Shown here: one piece after another, positions 41,392 through 51,572 of the stretch
How the letters are laid out: each line of letters starts with the position of its first letter
Numbering within the stretch: the stretch's first letter is position 1
IMG/VR virus record: IMGVR_UViG_3300023179_000074
Location: 1 to 64,000 of that record
Strand: one strand, 5' to 3'
Source: a virus
DNA: 64,000 nt
Notes under the pieces: model-generated
Told to the model about the DNA's origin: nothing
Database searches by the model: none
What the model saw: only the letters and a program-made list of their open reading frames with translations
Made by a program: the position numbers and the translations under genes

Positions 41392-43686
41392 TTATGTAAT
41401 AATCTCCTGGAAATTTGTACCGGTTCTAGTTGCGTAGAAGTTGCAAAGTATATACTCTGCAGTACGTACCGGTTTAATATAGATATCAACTACCAAAGTA
41501 TTATCATCTATAACTTCAGGTGGGTTATTTCTCTCGTCACATATAATAAGATAATCATAAATTCCTTGTGTATTTTTTGCATTATCAAATATAGGTGTAA
41601 TTGTATTTAAAACCTGTGTGCGGGTAAATAATGTATTCGGTTCAAAAACAAAGTACTTGATAGTATCTCTTGTAGATGATTCGAGACTCAAGAACAGTCT
41701 GCGAACATTAATACGATCAAATGCGCTTGGTTTCTTTTGTAGCGTTTTTTGCCCGAAGATTACAAACCCTTCTGCTGGGAAGAACGTTACAGGGTTAAGA
41801 CTTGCTTTGTAAAGCTGATCGCGTTGTTTTTGCTTAGGATAAATTGCGATATCATTTACACCGGCTAAAATACCGCGAGTAAACCCAGCTGGTGCATACC
41901 ATGGCTGATAATTACTATCAGTATTTGCCATTGCAGCTGCAGCAAAGCCAGAGAAAGGTACCCAAACATCTTCAGATGAAGCAACATCAGTTACTTTAGC
42001 ACAATTTGCAAATGTACAGGCATAACTAGTATTAATACCAGCAAATTGATTCTTCAGCGGCCAGTAAATATTATTAGAGAATGTATTTGTAGGTAAATCC
42101 AAGGTCTTTACATTAGAGCCCTGCACAAATATATTTGTAATTGGATCAGCTATAAAGATAAGATCTTTTCTATTGTTGGCGAGCGCTATAAACGTATTAG
42201 CAACTGCATTATAGCGTGTTATTGCAACTGGTGTGACACTAGCATTTTGTGACGTCAGCGAATTGACCATAGAATCGTAAGGTACACTATCATCAAAATA
42301 ATTTAAAGTACGTGGGTTAAACGAATTTACATATACTGTACCTAAGCCGGCCTCAACTGCGATATTAATTGGAAATAGATCTGTGTTATTAACTTTATCT
42401 AAAGCTATCGAAAGCTTAGTAGGTAGCGTTCCAATTTCCTTGGTTGCAAGATCTTGATCATTATAATCGCCTAGTGCGACTAATGAATCAGTGCTCCCGT
42501 AATCAGCAATTAAGCTCTGTACTACAGCAGATGGTGCCCCTACTCTCTCTTCATATTCTGCTTCTGTCTCGCCAGCAAGTGGGGAAGACATTGGCGTACT
42601 TAAAAATCTTGCTTTTTTCTTTGGAACACCATTAGAATCTAGCCATGTAACACTGTTTTTACTGGAAATATTAGGATTTACAATAACAGTAACGTTAGCA
42701 GAAGCATTATCAATTTGCTCAATATAAAAACTCGTTGCTGGGCCACCGTTTTCGTTATTTATTTGACGATGATAATCTAGAGACCCTACATATCCCTCTT
42801 GAAAGACATAATCTAAAGTAATTGTATCAGGAGAATAAACTGATTGACGTAATTTAAATACACCAACAGTTATTGTATCATTATACTGATTAGTAGAGAT
42901 ATCAAAGTTCGAAACATTTTCCATTACTTCGGAAACACTTCCAGACGCACCACCGGGTGTAGCGGAGAGAGGAAAGTTTAAACGTACACCGGGGAGAGAA
43001 ATATATGCATTACCAGAAATAGTAGATGCATTAGTATTAATAGAAAGTATGCTATTAACATTATCAAAATTTGTAGCAGGGTTTAAGTTAGTATTATCGA
43101 TAATCCCTACATATGTACCTTCATATTTGGTATTAATTGTTGTTTGAGCCTTGTTTAAAACAAGGAGACCGGCACCTGCAAACGAAGCAACCGAATTAAA
43201 AGAATTGGGTGCACCAGCAGTAGATGACCACGAATATGCATCCCCGCGTAGTATTGATAAATATTGAGCTTGTGTAAGTTTTACATGTGTCGGTTTACCA
43301 AAGAAATAAGTTCCAGTGGGTGAAACAGTTAAAGAAGTAGAGCTTGCACCATTTACATAAGTTACAACAGGGTAGACGAGGGCAGAATAATCATCAGTAT
43401 AATCTAATCCTGCGCCGGCACCATAAGGAAGTCTGTAAACTACAACGCTAGCGGGGGACTGAAGCACTGCTTTAGTTGTGTGATAAAAATATCTTTCAGC
43501 AGCATTTGTTGGCACTCCAAAGACCTGTTCAAATTCAGAAAGAGATGCAATGCTAATTGGTTCGGATGTAGGTCCTTTTTCGGCAAAGCCTGGAATAAAA
43601 ACAGTAGTCGGTGGCGTCCCCGCTGCGCCTAACGAAAGATCTACTTCACTAATTTGAACACCGGGGCTTTGAATTGTACGTGCCAT
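41392..43686 (-). CDS. gp18: Contractile tail sheath protein
   Basis: SPGVQISEVDLS, PWYAPAGFTRG, FGQKTL, SAFDRINVRRLF, FEPN, IYIKPVRTAEYI. Confidence 0.97.
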   Translation of the reverse strand: MARTIQSPGVQISEVDLSLGAAGTPPTTVFIPGFAEKGPTSEPISIASLSEFEQVFGVPTNAAERYFYHTTKAVLQSPASVVVYRLPYGAGAGLDYTDDYSALVYPVVTYVNGASSTSLTVSPTGTYFFGKPTHVKLTQAQYLSILRGDAYSWSSTAGAPNSFNSVASFAGAGLLVLNKAQTTINTKYEGTYVGIIDNTNLNPATNFDNVNSILSINTNASTISGNAYISLPGVRLNFPLSATPGGASGSVSEVMENVSNFDISTNQYNDTITVGVFKLRQSVYSPDTITLDYVFQEGYVGSLDYHRQINNENGGPATSFYIEQIDNASANVTVIVNPNISSKNSVTWLDSNGVPKKKARFLSTPMSSPLAGETEAEYEERVGAPSAVVQSLIADYGSTDSLVALGDYNDQDLATKEIGTLPTKLSIALDKVNNTDLFPINIAVEAGLGTVYVNSFNPRTLNYFDDSVPYDSMVNSLTSQNASVTPVAITRYNAVANTFIALANNRKDLIFIADPITNIFVQGSNVKTLDLPTNTFSNNIYWPLKNQFAGINTSYACTFANCAKVTDVASSEDVWVPFSGFAAAAMANTDSNYQPWYAPAGFTRGILAGVNDIAIYPKQKQRDQLYKASLNPVTFFPAEGFVIFGQKTLQKKPSAFDRINVRRLFLSLESSTRDTIKYFVFEPNTLFTRTQVLNTITPIFDNAKNTQGIYDYLIICDERNNPPEVIDDNTLVVDIYIKPVRTAEYILCNFYATRTGTNFQEIIT

Positions 43687-43698
43687 ATAAAGTATTTA
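43687..43698 (-). promoter_or_regulatory. T4-type late promoter before tail sheath (representative of more than 20 copies)
   Basis: AATAAATA-ctttat-ATG. Confidence 0.8.
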
Positions 43699-43727
43699 TT
43701 GTTTTTTGGATTAAACTTTTTAATTTT

Positions 43728-44336
43728 TTACAAACTATCTATAGTATCGACTAAAGAAACTATTAAACGAGAGTAATTAAATGTAAAATATGTTTCGATT
43801 TCACCGGGATCCCTATTATTAAATGTAATTCCTCCTAAAGCTGTAGGAAAAGCATTAATGTATTTAAATTCAACTGATCTTTTATCATATTCATCTAATG
43901 CAAAGATAGATATATTTGCAGCATATACTAATATATTTTTATTATTATACTGTGATTCTGGTAATAAATTTGTAGGGTCATATATACCAGTCTCATCATC
44001 GTTTAATATGTTTAACCATTTGTAGATTGTCCAGTAATTGTTAAATCTATTATCAACAGTAAAATTTACTGTAACGGGAGGATACGGATTACGTGCTTGG
44101 CTTGATGTTGTATGTGTTTGCCCGGAATACCTAATATTCAAAGCGGGTACTTCTACTTCCGGTACTAAAGAACCATAAACAGAGAATTGTATTGCATCAG
44201 GAAAAATAGACTCATCATTTCTTGTCATTTTACGAGCTATAGATTTTAAGCCGTCAGGAAAATTTAAAACTAGTAAAAATTTATCTTTTCTAGATTTATT
44301 AAAGGGGCTTTGTGTATAGTTAACTAAGTTTGCCAT
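43728..44336 (-). CDS. gp3: Tail completion / tube terminator gp3-like
   Basis: VNFTVDNRFNNYWTIYKWL, AFPTALGGITF; start moved to ATG 44336, 5 nt after TAAATA. Confidence 0.75.
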   Translation of the reverse strand: MANLVNYTQSPFNKSRKDKFLLVLNFPDGLKSIARKMTRNDESIFPDAIQFSVYGSLVPEVEVPALNIRYSGQTHTTSSQARNPYPPVTVNFTVDNRFNNYWTIYKWLNILNDDETGIYDPTNLLPESQYNNKNILVYAANISIFALDEYDKRSVEFKYINAFPTALGGITFNNRDPGEIETYFTFNYSRLIVSLVDTIDSL

Positions 44337-44344
44337 ATATATAT

Positions 44345-46060
44345 TTAACCTAATCTCCTCCAACCTTCTGCCTCTAAGTCAGCTATTTCATTTTTAGAAA
44401 AATCATTACTATTAGGTATATAAATAGGAAGGGGGCTGCCTCCTAAATTTTCCTTTTCGTTACTGTAAATAGAAGCTGGGTTAATAAAATTTTTAATTCC
44501 AAAATCCAAAGAGCGTAATTTTAAAGGCTTTTTGTTGGCATCAAATTGTTCTATTTCATAATATTTGTCTACCAAATCATTTTCTAATATCATTAAACAC
44601 CACACTAAACTCATAACGCGGTCATCCCAGCTATCAGCACCAGGCTTTGCAGCCCACGTACCGTTGGGATAGCGGACAAAAGATTTTAATTCATTTAAAG
44701 TTTTTAAATCATAAATTTTTAAAGCTTTAACCTCATTACACCAGTATCTCATATTCATTACGCCTTTATACTTTGAATTAGTGTGGGCTTGAACTCCTAT
44801 TTTATTATATTTGTTTCCATTTATTTTAGCTCCGTATGAAATTAAATTTTCATAGTGATGTACATTTTTAAGTTGATCAACCACCTGAGCTCCGCAATTA
44901 TTTCTTTCAACTAATGCGGGTGGTGACCCCCAATGCTGTAAAATTTCAAAAAGTTTTGTTGTGAAATTGTATGGGCTAATTTCTCTGTTATGATAAACTG
45001 CGACTTGTTTTATTTCCCTTAAATCCGTAATATCTAAAATTTGTATTACACTTGCTGCTTCCCCAACACCTTCACTTATATCAACACCCGCGACATAAAG
45101 ATTATCTTTTTGCGGTTCATCCCATAATAGATATTTACCTTCTTCAAAAACAAATTTTGGTTCAATACAATTTTCTTTCATTTCTTCAAAAAGTTTTTCA
45201 TCAAGCGCACTTTCACCTGTTTGCAAGAATACATTGCCAAACTCTTGATCAAATACATCTCTACTGCCTAAAGTTCGGATAGTTTTTTCTTTCCAGTTTT
45301 CGTCACGACCGGGGAATTCCCACCAATCGACTTTTTCAGCATGCCAATCGTTTTTTCTTTCAACTGCACCAGTATAAAGTTCATGAAATAAATTACCGGT
45401 ACCGTTTGGTGTTGAAGCAACAAATATTTTAGATTTCTTAGAGGATGAAATAATAGGGTAAACAGAGCTCCAAAATTGTTCAACAAGATGGTTGTCAATA
45501 AATGCTAACTCATCTAATATAAGGACGTTGCAGCTATCTCCTCTCCCTGCATCACTACTGGTTGTCGAAATACCAATACTCGACCCGTTTCCTAACGACA
45601 TTGATGTTTTACCGTATTCTACGGTTCCTGGTTTTAAATAATTAGGTAGCTTCTCATAAGCTAAACGAACTCTCTTAAAAATATTAATAGCTGTTTGCTC
45701 TTTATTAGCTACAATAAGAATGCGTTGATCTTCAAAAAAACAAGCAATCCATAATGCGTATATTGTCATTAAAGTCGTTTTTCCCACTTGCCTCGAGGCT
45801 AACAGGCATACAAATCTATTATCTCTTAAACTTCTTAAAATACGTTTTTGATAAGAATGAAGCTTTATCTTCATTTTACCCTCATCAAGATTAGTAATAT
45901 AAAAAAAGTTTTCTGCAAAGTATAATATATTTTTTCTACATTTAGCTATATCCTCTACCCATTCCGGATGTGCTTCATAATCAAATACGGCTTCTGTGGT
46001 AGGTAAGTTTTGATTACCTAGATAAAATTTACTTTCTTGGTTTTTAGGCATATGTAGCAT
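44345..46060 (-). CDS. gp17: Terminase large subunit
   Basis: ASRQVGKT, LILDELAF, ASTPNG, DQEF, GVDISEGVG, LVERNN.G, DDRVMSL; true start may be ATG 46051. Confidence 0.97.
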   Translation of the reverse strand: MLHMPKNQESKFYLGNQNLPTTEAVFDYEAHPEWVEDIAKCRKNILYFAENFFYITNLDEGKMKIKLHSYQKRILRSLRDNRFVCLLASRQVGKTTLMTIYALWIACFFEDQRILIVANKEQTAINIFKRVRLAYEKLPNYLKPGTVEYGKTSMSLGNGSSIGISTTSSDAGRGDSCNVLILDELAFIDNHLVEQFWSSVYPIISSSKKSKIFVASTPNGTGNLFHELYTGAVERKNDWHAEKVDWWEFPGRDENWKEKTIRTLGSRDVFDQEFGNVFLQTGESALDEKLFEEMKENCIEPKFVFEEGKYLLWDEPQKDNLYVAGVDISEGVGEAASVIQILDITDLREIKQVAVYHNREISPYNFTTKLFEILQHWGSPPALVERNNCGAQVVDQLKNVHHYENLISYGAKINGNKYNKIGVQAHTNSKYKGVMNMRYWCNEVKALKIYDLKTLNELKSFVRYPNGTWAAKPGADSWDDRVMSLVWCLMILENDLVDKYYEIEQFDANKKPLKLRSLDFGIKNFINPASIYSNEKENLGGSPLPIYIPNSNDFSKNEIADLEAEGWRRLG

Positions 46061-46071
46061 AAATACTTAAT

Positions 46072-46962
46072 ATGAATCAAACCAGAACGCTAGTAGAAAT
46101 GGGTGATGTTTATGAAAAGACTGTAATTGAAGAGAAGAAGTCCATATTTCCTCCTAAAGATACTTTTAAAATAGCAACAGATAAAAAGCCCGTTGAAGCT
46201 AAAGCAGATCCTAAGGCATTTGTTCCTAAGAATTCAGGCCCTGAGAATGCTGATAATTTTAACAAAAATGTAGTCGATCCTGAAACATCAAAAAATGACA
46301 ATTTTTACGAACCAAAAAAATTCTCACAAAATCTTGAAAAAACAGAAGTACAAACAATAAATAATTTTATGAGCAAATCTATTTTTGATAAACTTTACGA
46401 AGATGTAATGGGTGGACAGCCCGTTGACCAGGAAGTCAATGACGCAGAAGCCCTTGGTTTACCCGGTGAAGAGGGTGGAGCAGATGAAGGAGAAGTAACC
46501 CTTACACTCTCCCGCGAACATGCCCAAGCTCTTTGCGATGCTCTTAAAGCAGTTTTAGGCGATGAAGAAGTTGGCGGTGATGAAGAAGTCGGCGGCGAAG
46601 AAGAGGTTGGTGGTGAGGAAAAAGAAGAAGCCAACGAAGAAAAAGATAAAAAAGAAGATAAAGAAGAAAAAGACGAAGATGCAGAAGGTGTTGCTAAGGA
46701 AGCAACAGAATTAAAAGAACTACCTGCCTCTGCTGGTCAGTCTCTTCAAAAGAAAGATAATAAGGTTGGCGATGTAACAAAGAGCTTAGCTTCTAGCGGT
46801 GCTGGTGATGCAAAAGTCACCGACAAAGTTGGTAATGATGGTGAAAAAGGCCATGCTCTAGTAGGTGCTGGTGTAAAGGGTGCAACAGCATTTACCGGCA
46901 AGGACAATAAAGTAGCTAGCAAGACGAGCAAAGTAGGTGCTTATCTAGCTGGTCTGAAGTAA
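46072..46962 (+). CDS. Acidic/low-complexity late protein (possible prohead core or internal head protein)
   Basis: Late promoter, Glu-rich centre with G(D/E)EEVG repeats, second in-frame late promoter at 46358. Confidence 0.6.
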   Translation: MNQTRTLVEMGDVYEKTVIEEKKSIFPPKDTFKIATDKKPVEAKADPKAFVPKNSGPENADNFNKNVVDPETSKNDNFYEPKKFSQNLEKTEVQTINNFMSKSIFDKLYEDVMGGQPVDQEVNDAEALGLPGEEGGADEGEVTLTLSREHAQALCDALKAVLGDEEVGGDEEVGGEEEVGGEEKEEANEEKDKKEDKEEKDEDAEGVAKEATELKELPASAGQSLQKKDNKVGDVTKSLASSGAGDAKVTDKVGNDGEKGHALVGAGVKGATAFTGKDNKVASKTSKVGAYLAGLK

Positions 46963-46986
46963 TAGAATCAAAAAATAGTAAAAATT

Positions 46987-47016
46987 GGGCCTAATGTAAA
47001 TTAGGCCCTTTTTTTT
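46987..47016 (+). terminator. Rho-independent terminator
   Basis: GGGCCTAA-tgtaaa-TTAGGCCC followed by T8, 25 nt after the stop at 46962. Confidence 0.9.
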
Positions 47017-47030
47017 GCTTAAATATCTAT

Positions 47031-47375
47031 ATGACTTTTAAAGACTATTTCCATAATAAAATAAAGTCAAAGGAAAAGCCTTTACAGACCAAAAAAAGAC
47101 ATATGCATCCTGTTTTAAGGGATGTAAGCTCTCATCCTAAAAACCCGGGTAGAACAGTTCCGTATATGCATAGAACTTTTAAAGAAAATCAAAAAGTAAA
47201 ATCATTAAAAAATAAAAACAATGGAAGATACGTATGTAACAATAACGATATAGCAGAAATTGAAAAGGAGTTTAACTTAAAGTATGATATAAAGAATTCT
47301 AAAAATTTAGGTAACACTGGTATAACTCTAAGATATGATTCTGTTTTAGGAGCACCGGTAATAGAAAAATTATGA
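47031..47375 (+). CDS. Hypothetical basic late protein
   Basis: TAAATA-N5-ATG; N-terminus MTFKDYF. Confidence 0.65.
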   Translation: MTFKDYFHNKIKSKEKPLQTKKRHMHPVLRDVSSHPKNPGRTVPYMHRTFKENQKVKSLKNKNNGRYVCNNNDIAEIEKEFNLKYDIKNSKNLGNTGITLRYDSVLGAPVIEKL

Positions 47376-48100
47376 TCGCTAAAGATTATTACACAGGCAG
47401 TCCTGATCCAAAGGTTTACCCTTTTTTTTATACAGATAATCCATGTATTAGATTTACTGCAAAAGAAAATAATCAAAGCGAACGCCTTATTATTAGTAAT
47501 TATTGGAAAGAACAAATCAATCTTTATGGGCAACAAGTAGGGTATATAGTTAATAATACAACAACTTTAAGCGCTGATATGCTGTATGGAGAACAACCGA
47601 CTCAGCAATATTCACCGCCTGTAAATTTAATAATAGCTATTAATTTAAATGAAAATGCACTTATGCTTAGTAAGTTTGGCTTAGTATCGGATGATGAAGT
47701 TACAGCTTTTGTACATATTAGTTCATTTTACGAAGTTTTTGGTTATGGTAAAGAGCCTAAATCAGGAGATCTATTTCAACTAACAGAGTATGGTAATGAT
47801 AGGCCGGGGGGTAGAAACGGAAACATTTATGAAATAACACAAAGACTAGACCAAGATATAGCCCAAATAAATCCTCTTGCCGGGCATTATGTATGGTTAA
47901 TAAAGGCAAAACGGTTTGAATATTCTTTCGAACCAGGTCTATCTGGTGAAGCTGTTAACGACCAGGTTTTTGAAGACACCAGGCAACCTGGTGTGTCGGG
48001 GGCAGATAAACCCTATGATTATAATGTAGATAATGCTTCAAAAGGTATTTTTGACTATTCACAAACTGATTATGGTAATGTGTACGGTGGGTATTATTAA
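47372..48100 (+). CDS. gp14: Neck protein gp14-like
   Basis: LYGE, LSKFGL...DE, PK.GDL, YEIT, YVW.IKAKRFEYS. Confidence 0.85.
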   Translation: MIAKDYYTGSPDPKVYPFFYTDNPCIRFTAKENNQSERLIISNYWKEQINLYGQQVGYIVNNTTTLSADMLYGEQPTQQYSPPVNLIIAINLNENALMLSKFGLVSDDEVTAFVHISSFYEVFGYGKEPKSGDLFQLTEYGNDRPGGRNGNIYEITQRLDQDIAQINPLAGHYVWLIKAKRFEYSFEPGLSGEAVNDQVFEDTRQPGVSGADKPYDYNVDNASKGIFDYSQTDYGNVYGGYY

Positions 48101-48372
48101 TCATCGATAGCAGTAATCTCTTCTTCTACTTTCTCATAATCAGGAAGTTTTTCTCCTCTTAAAATAGAAATAAATTTATCACCTTCGCGGCAATTATTAA
48201 AATTGCATTCAATTATACTCCTATCAGAGCCAAGAAATTTATAAAAATATTTTTCTTCTTTTTTTATAATATTAAAAAGCTTGTAAATAATTCCTATTTT
48301 AAATCGTTTATCTTTATTAGATAAATTAATTTTAGGTGTTATACTGAAACTTGTTCCGACGATGTAATGCAT
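48097..48372 (-). CDS. Hypothetical protein
   Basis: ORF in coupled minus-strand run. Confidence 0.55.
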   Translation of the reverse strand: MHYIVGTSFSITPKINLSNKDKRFKIGIIYKLFNIIKKEEKYFYKFLGSDRSIIECNFNNCREGDKFISILRGEKLPDYEKVEEEITAIDD

Positions 48373-48638
48373 GGTACGCTATTGTTAGGTGTTTCATTTA
48401 AAATAACTTCGTCTTTCATAGATTCAAATCTATCGGTAATATATTTTTGAAATGCTAGAGGTTTTACCCAGTCGACGTCTTTATCATGAAGATTAACTTT
48501 AAACTGTTGTGCTTTTTTAGAAATAAAATCTAAAGCTTCAATTAAACAAAGCCACCTTGTATATTCATCTAAAGCAAGCTTTTCTTTTTTATCTTTACAA
48601 TCAACTGTTATGTGTTTTTTTGAGCGTACTAAGGGCAT
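48339..48638 (-). CDS. Hypothetical protein
   Basis: ORF in coupled minus-strand run. Confidence 0.55.
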   Translation of the reverse strand: MPLVRSKKHITVDCKDKKEKLALDEYTRWLCLIEALDFISKKAQQFKVNLHDKDVDWVKPLAFQKYITDRFESMKDEVILNETPNNSVPCITSSEQVSV

Positions 48639-49056
48639 ATCCTATAATAATGGCTGTAATAAAATTTTTATCAAGAAAATAATTTTGTTTATTAATATTA
48701 TATATAATATTGTAAAGTGAATCAAAAGAATCTCTTAAAGTCTCAATATTTTTTTTAAAATTGACAATAATTTCATTTTTAATTTCTTCATTAATATGAG
48801 GGCTTGCTCTTAATGCAGAGCAAAGCGTATCTATTATTAGATTAGTAAAATTCTTTAAAATATTTTTATCATTAGACATATCGTTTTTCATAAATGCTAG
48901 ACCACGTTCAAAATAATATAGTGTTTTAATGTCTAAGTTTTTCTTAAAAAGCAAAATAATTTCATCTATAGGTATAGATAGAGTTGCAGGACTTAAATCA
49001 ATAAAAGAAGCAGGAACTGTTGTTGTTAGATTTTCAATACTATCAGGTATTTTCAT
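48601..49056 (-). CDS. Hypothetical protein
   Basis: ORF in coupled minus-strand run. Confidence 0.55.
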   Translation of the reverse strand: MKIPDSIENLTTTVPASFIDLSPATLSIPIDEIILLFKKNLDIKTLYYFERGLAFMKNDMSNDKNILKNFTNLIIDTLCSALRASPHINEEIKNEIIVNFKKNIETLRDSFDSLYNIIYNINKQNYFLDKNFITAIIIGYALSTLKKTHNS

Positions 49057-49484
49057 TTACTTACTATCTGCTTTAAAATCTCTTCATTTATTAATGGTAG
49101 ATCGGTTGTGGCAATCGGTTCAGTGGTAATAGCTGTTTCAGAGAAGACCTGAATACTAATGTTCTTATTACATTCTTTACATTTGTAATAATTTGATGTA
49201 TTAAGTTTTACAGGAATAAAATCTACAATTTTTTTATAACACGGACATGTGACTTCAAGACTCTGAAAAGATAATTCTTTTAATCTTTCATTTTCAATTT
49301 TTTTTAGCTTCAATGAAATAAAAGTTGTAAGTAAGGAATTAAATGCGGAAAAACAAACGATTTGAAGAAATAAGCCGGATAATATACCAATTAAAAGATT
49401 GACTCCGAAGCTAGAAAGTAGCAGACCAATTAAAATACTAACAGTAGATAAAGCAAGTATCTGAAAAGCGATCTTTCTAAGCAT
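49053..49484 (-). CDS. Membrane protein with Cys-rich (zinc-ribbon-like) C-terminal part
   Basis: Two hydrophobic helices followed by CPC...CKEC; sigma70-type promoter upstream. Confidence 0.6.
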   Translation of the reverse strand: MLRKIAFQILALSTVSILIGLLLSSFGVNLLIGILSGLFLQIVCFSAFNSLLTTFISLKLKKIENERLKELSFQSLEVTCPCYKKIVDFIPVKLNTSNYYKCKECNKNISIQVFSETAITTEPIATTDLPLINEEILKQIVSK

Positions 49485-49507
49485 AATATTATTATAAAGG
49501 AAATATA

Positions 49508-49879
49508 TTATTTTGCAACCTTTTTATTAGTTGTATATATAATAGACTTTAATATTTTGTTTATTATTTCCAATCTTTTTAAAATAGAAATAATTTTAAT
49601 TTTTGCATCTTTATTTTTCTGTATAATAGGGTTTTTTAAGGACTGTTTAAACAATTGAATGGAATTACCCGTTTTTATATAAAGATCGCCAAGCTGCTCT
49701 ATTGTACTGGGTATAGGGTAAGGCAATACTTTGTCAGCTCTTACATCGTTAGGATTCTGATATACTGTTTTATTAAATAAATCTTTAAGTGTAACTCTTT
49801 GGGTTGCAAGTTCTCTTGAAGCGACTCCAGATGTCCATTTGTTATATTGTAAAATTTCTTCAAACAGCAATTTCTTCAC
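49508..49879 (-). CDS. Hypothetical late protein
   Basis: TAAATA-N5-GTG. Confidence 0.6.
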   Translation of the reverse strand: MKKLLFEEILQYNKWTSGVASRELATQRVTLKDLFNKTVYQNPNDVRADKVLPYPIPSTIEQLGDLYIKTGNSIQLFKQSLKNPIIQKNKDAKIKIISILKRLEIINKILKSIIYTTNKKVAK

Positions 49880-49901
49880 ATAAATATTTATAAATATTAG
49901 T
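49880..49901. promoter_or_regulatory. Back-to-back divergent late promoters (TATTTA/TAAATA)
   Basis: TATTTA 49885-49890 abuts TAAATA 49891-49896; each is 5 nt from a start codon. Confidence 0.75.
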
Positions 49902-50306
49902 ATGAAGCTTTTTGAAAATCGTTTTTGTTCTATACTAGAAGCCGATGAAGCTACGCCAACCCCGGCACCTGTTGATGATAAAGAGGCTATGGCTCAAACA
50001 TTACAGACAGCAGAACCTTCAGATTTTGACGTACAAGCAGGGGAGCGCGAAAAGCGTGTTGACCAAGAAAAAATAAATCAGGTAAATAAGCTCAAAGAAT
50101 GGGTTGGTAAAATAGACGAATTTATAAATTATTTAAACGGCACTGAACCGACTTCTATTCAGATGCAATTACATGCAGCTCCTTGCGAAACTATATTCGA
50201 AGACATAGCAAGAAGTGAAAAAAAGAAAATTTCTAGATTAGCAGCAGAGTTGAGTTCCTTAAGTGAATCTCTTAAGGGTTATTTAATTTCATCTAACGAT
50301 AGATAA
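49902..50306 (+). CDS. Hypothetical late protein
   Basis: TATAAATA-N5-ATG. Confidence 0.65.
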   Translation: MKLFENRFCSILEADEATPTPAPVDDKEAMAQTLQTAEPSDFDVQAGEREKRVDQEKINQVNKLKEWVGKIDEFINYLNGTEPTSIQMQLHAAPCETIFEDIARSEKKKISRLAAELSSLSESLKGYLISSNDR

Positions 50307-51317
50307 TTTTAGCTTAGCTTTTAAGCTATTAAAACTATTTTCTAATATTAAATTCGTATCAACTTCTAAAGTATTTTTTTCAATACAAATATCATTAAAA
50401 TCTTTAAATGATTTTTTAAATATTTCAGGCCATATAAAAACAGTTTCACCGTTATCAATTAATTTTTGAGTTTTATTATAACTAGCATCATCTATCCATT
50501 GATTATCGAGAACCCACACTTTTTTATGAAGAGGATACTGAGATAATTGTGTTTCTTGAAATTTAGAAAACATAGCAGAGCTATTCTCTTGAATGCCGGC
50601 AACAGCAACCCCGTTTCTTACGAAAAAAGAGTCTATAGGCCCCTCAAAAATAAAAATAAAGTCTAAATTCGAATCTATTTTATCTATGTTAAAGATTGAT
50701 TTTTCACCATTTATTTTACTAAGATACTTCGGAAAGAGTTTAATATCTTTAGCAAGTAAAGACCGGGATTGATAAAATACAATATCTTTATTTTGATTAT
50801 AAAAAGGTATAATTAATCTGTTTTTGTGAATCTTATCTTCAAGTGAAATGTAAAGAGCATCCGGGCGGTTAATCGCTTTATCGAGTAAGCGAGTTTTTAT
50901 AAGTTTAAGAGCTTCTTGTACAGCTATATTATTTTTATAGAAATTTATTTGATTAGTGTCATATAAATTTATTGAGTCTTTAGGGAGTTTTTCGATTATT
51001 TTAGTAATTGGTTTTTTATCTTCAGAATAAACCTCTAATGGCAATATTTCAAAGTTTTTTGTTTCGTTTATTATTTCATTAAAAGAAAGGCCAGATACTT
51101 CCTGTATCCATTTTATAGGATCACTGTACCACCCACAGTTATGACAACAAATTATATTATCATCTATAATGTAAATACATCTTCTTTTTTTAAGCCAAGA
51201 CTTACCCTCTCTGCAAATAGGGCAGCCTGCAATATATGTATTCGAAAATCGTTTAAATTTAGGGTAACCCGCGTATTGGTAAAATTTTTGAACAGTATAT
51301 TCTTGAGGTAAAATCAC
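50289..51317 (-). CDS. gp61: DNA primase (gp61-like)
   Basis: CPIC...CHNCG zinc finger, RLIIPF, FEGPIDS, VLDN, KDFND. Confidence 0.93.
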   Translation of the reverse strand: MILPQEYTVQKFYQYAGYPKFKRFSNTYIAGCPICREGKSWLKKRRCIYIIDDNIICCHNCGWYSDPIKWIQEVSGLSFNEIINETKNFEILPLEVYSEDKKPITKIIEKLPKDSINLYDTNQINFYKNNIAVQEALKLIKTRLLDKAINRPDALYISLEDKIHKNRLIIPFYNQNKDIVFYQSRSLLAKDIKLFPKYLSKINGEKSIFNIDKIDSNLDFIFIFEGPIDSFFVRNGVAVAGIQENSSAMFSKFQETQLSQYPLHKKVWVLDNQWIDDASYNKTQKLIDNGETVFIWPEIFKKSFKDFNDICIEKNTLEVDTNLILENSFNSLKAKLKLSIVR

Positions 51318-51359
51318 ATCTTATTATAATACAATAACAACAAAAAAACAATAAAATTA

Positions 51360-51542
51360 TTATGTTTTATTATTAATGTCTTTTATTGAAACAACACCTT
51401 TTCTAATAAACGTACCAGAAGCAGGATCTATATAATGTGCTTCTGTGATCTCTTTACCTTCGCGGATATAAGTCTTTAGAATGGGTTTTACTGTTTGACC
51501 GCTAATGGGAGAAACAATAGGTTTTGGCGAAATAATATCCAT
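51360..51542 (-). CDS. Small hypothetical late protein
   Basis: TATAAATA-N5-ATG. Confidence 0.6.
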   Translation of the reverse strand: MDIISPKPIVSPISGQTVKPILKTYIREGKEITEAHYIDPASGTFIRKGVVSIKDINNKT

Positions 51543-51572
51543 AAAAGTATTTATAAAAAAGTATAATAAAGT

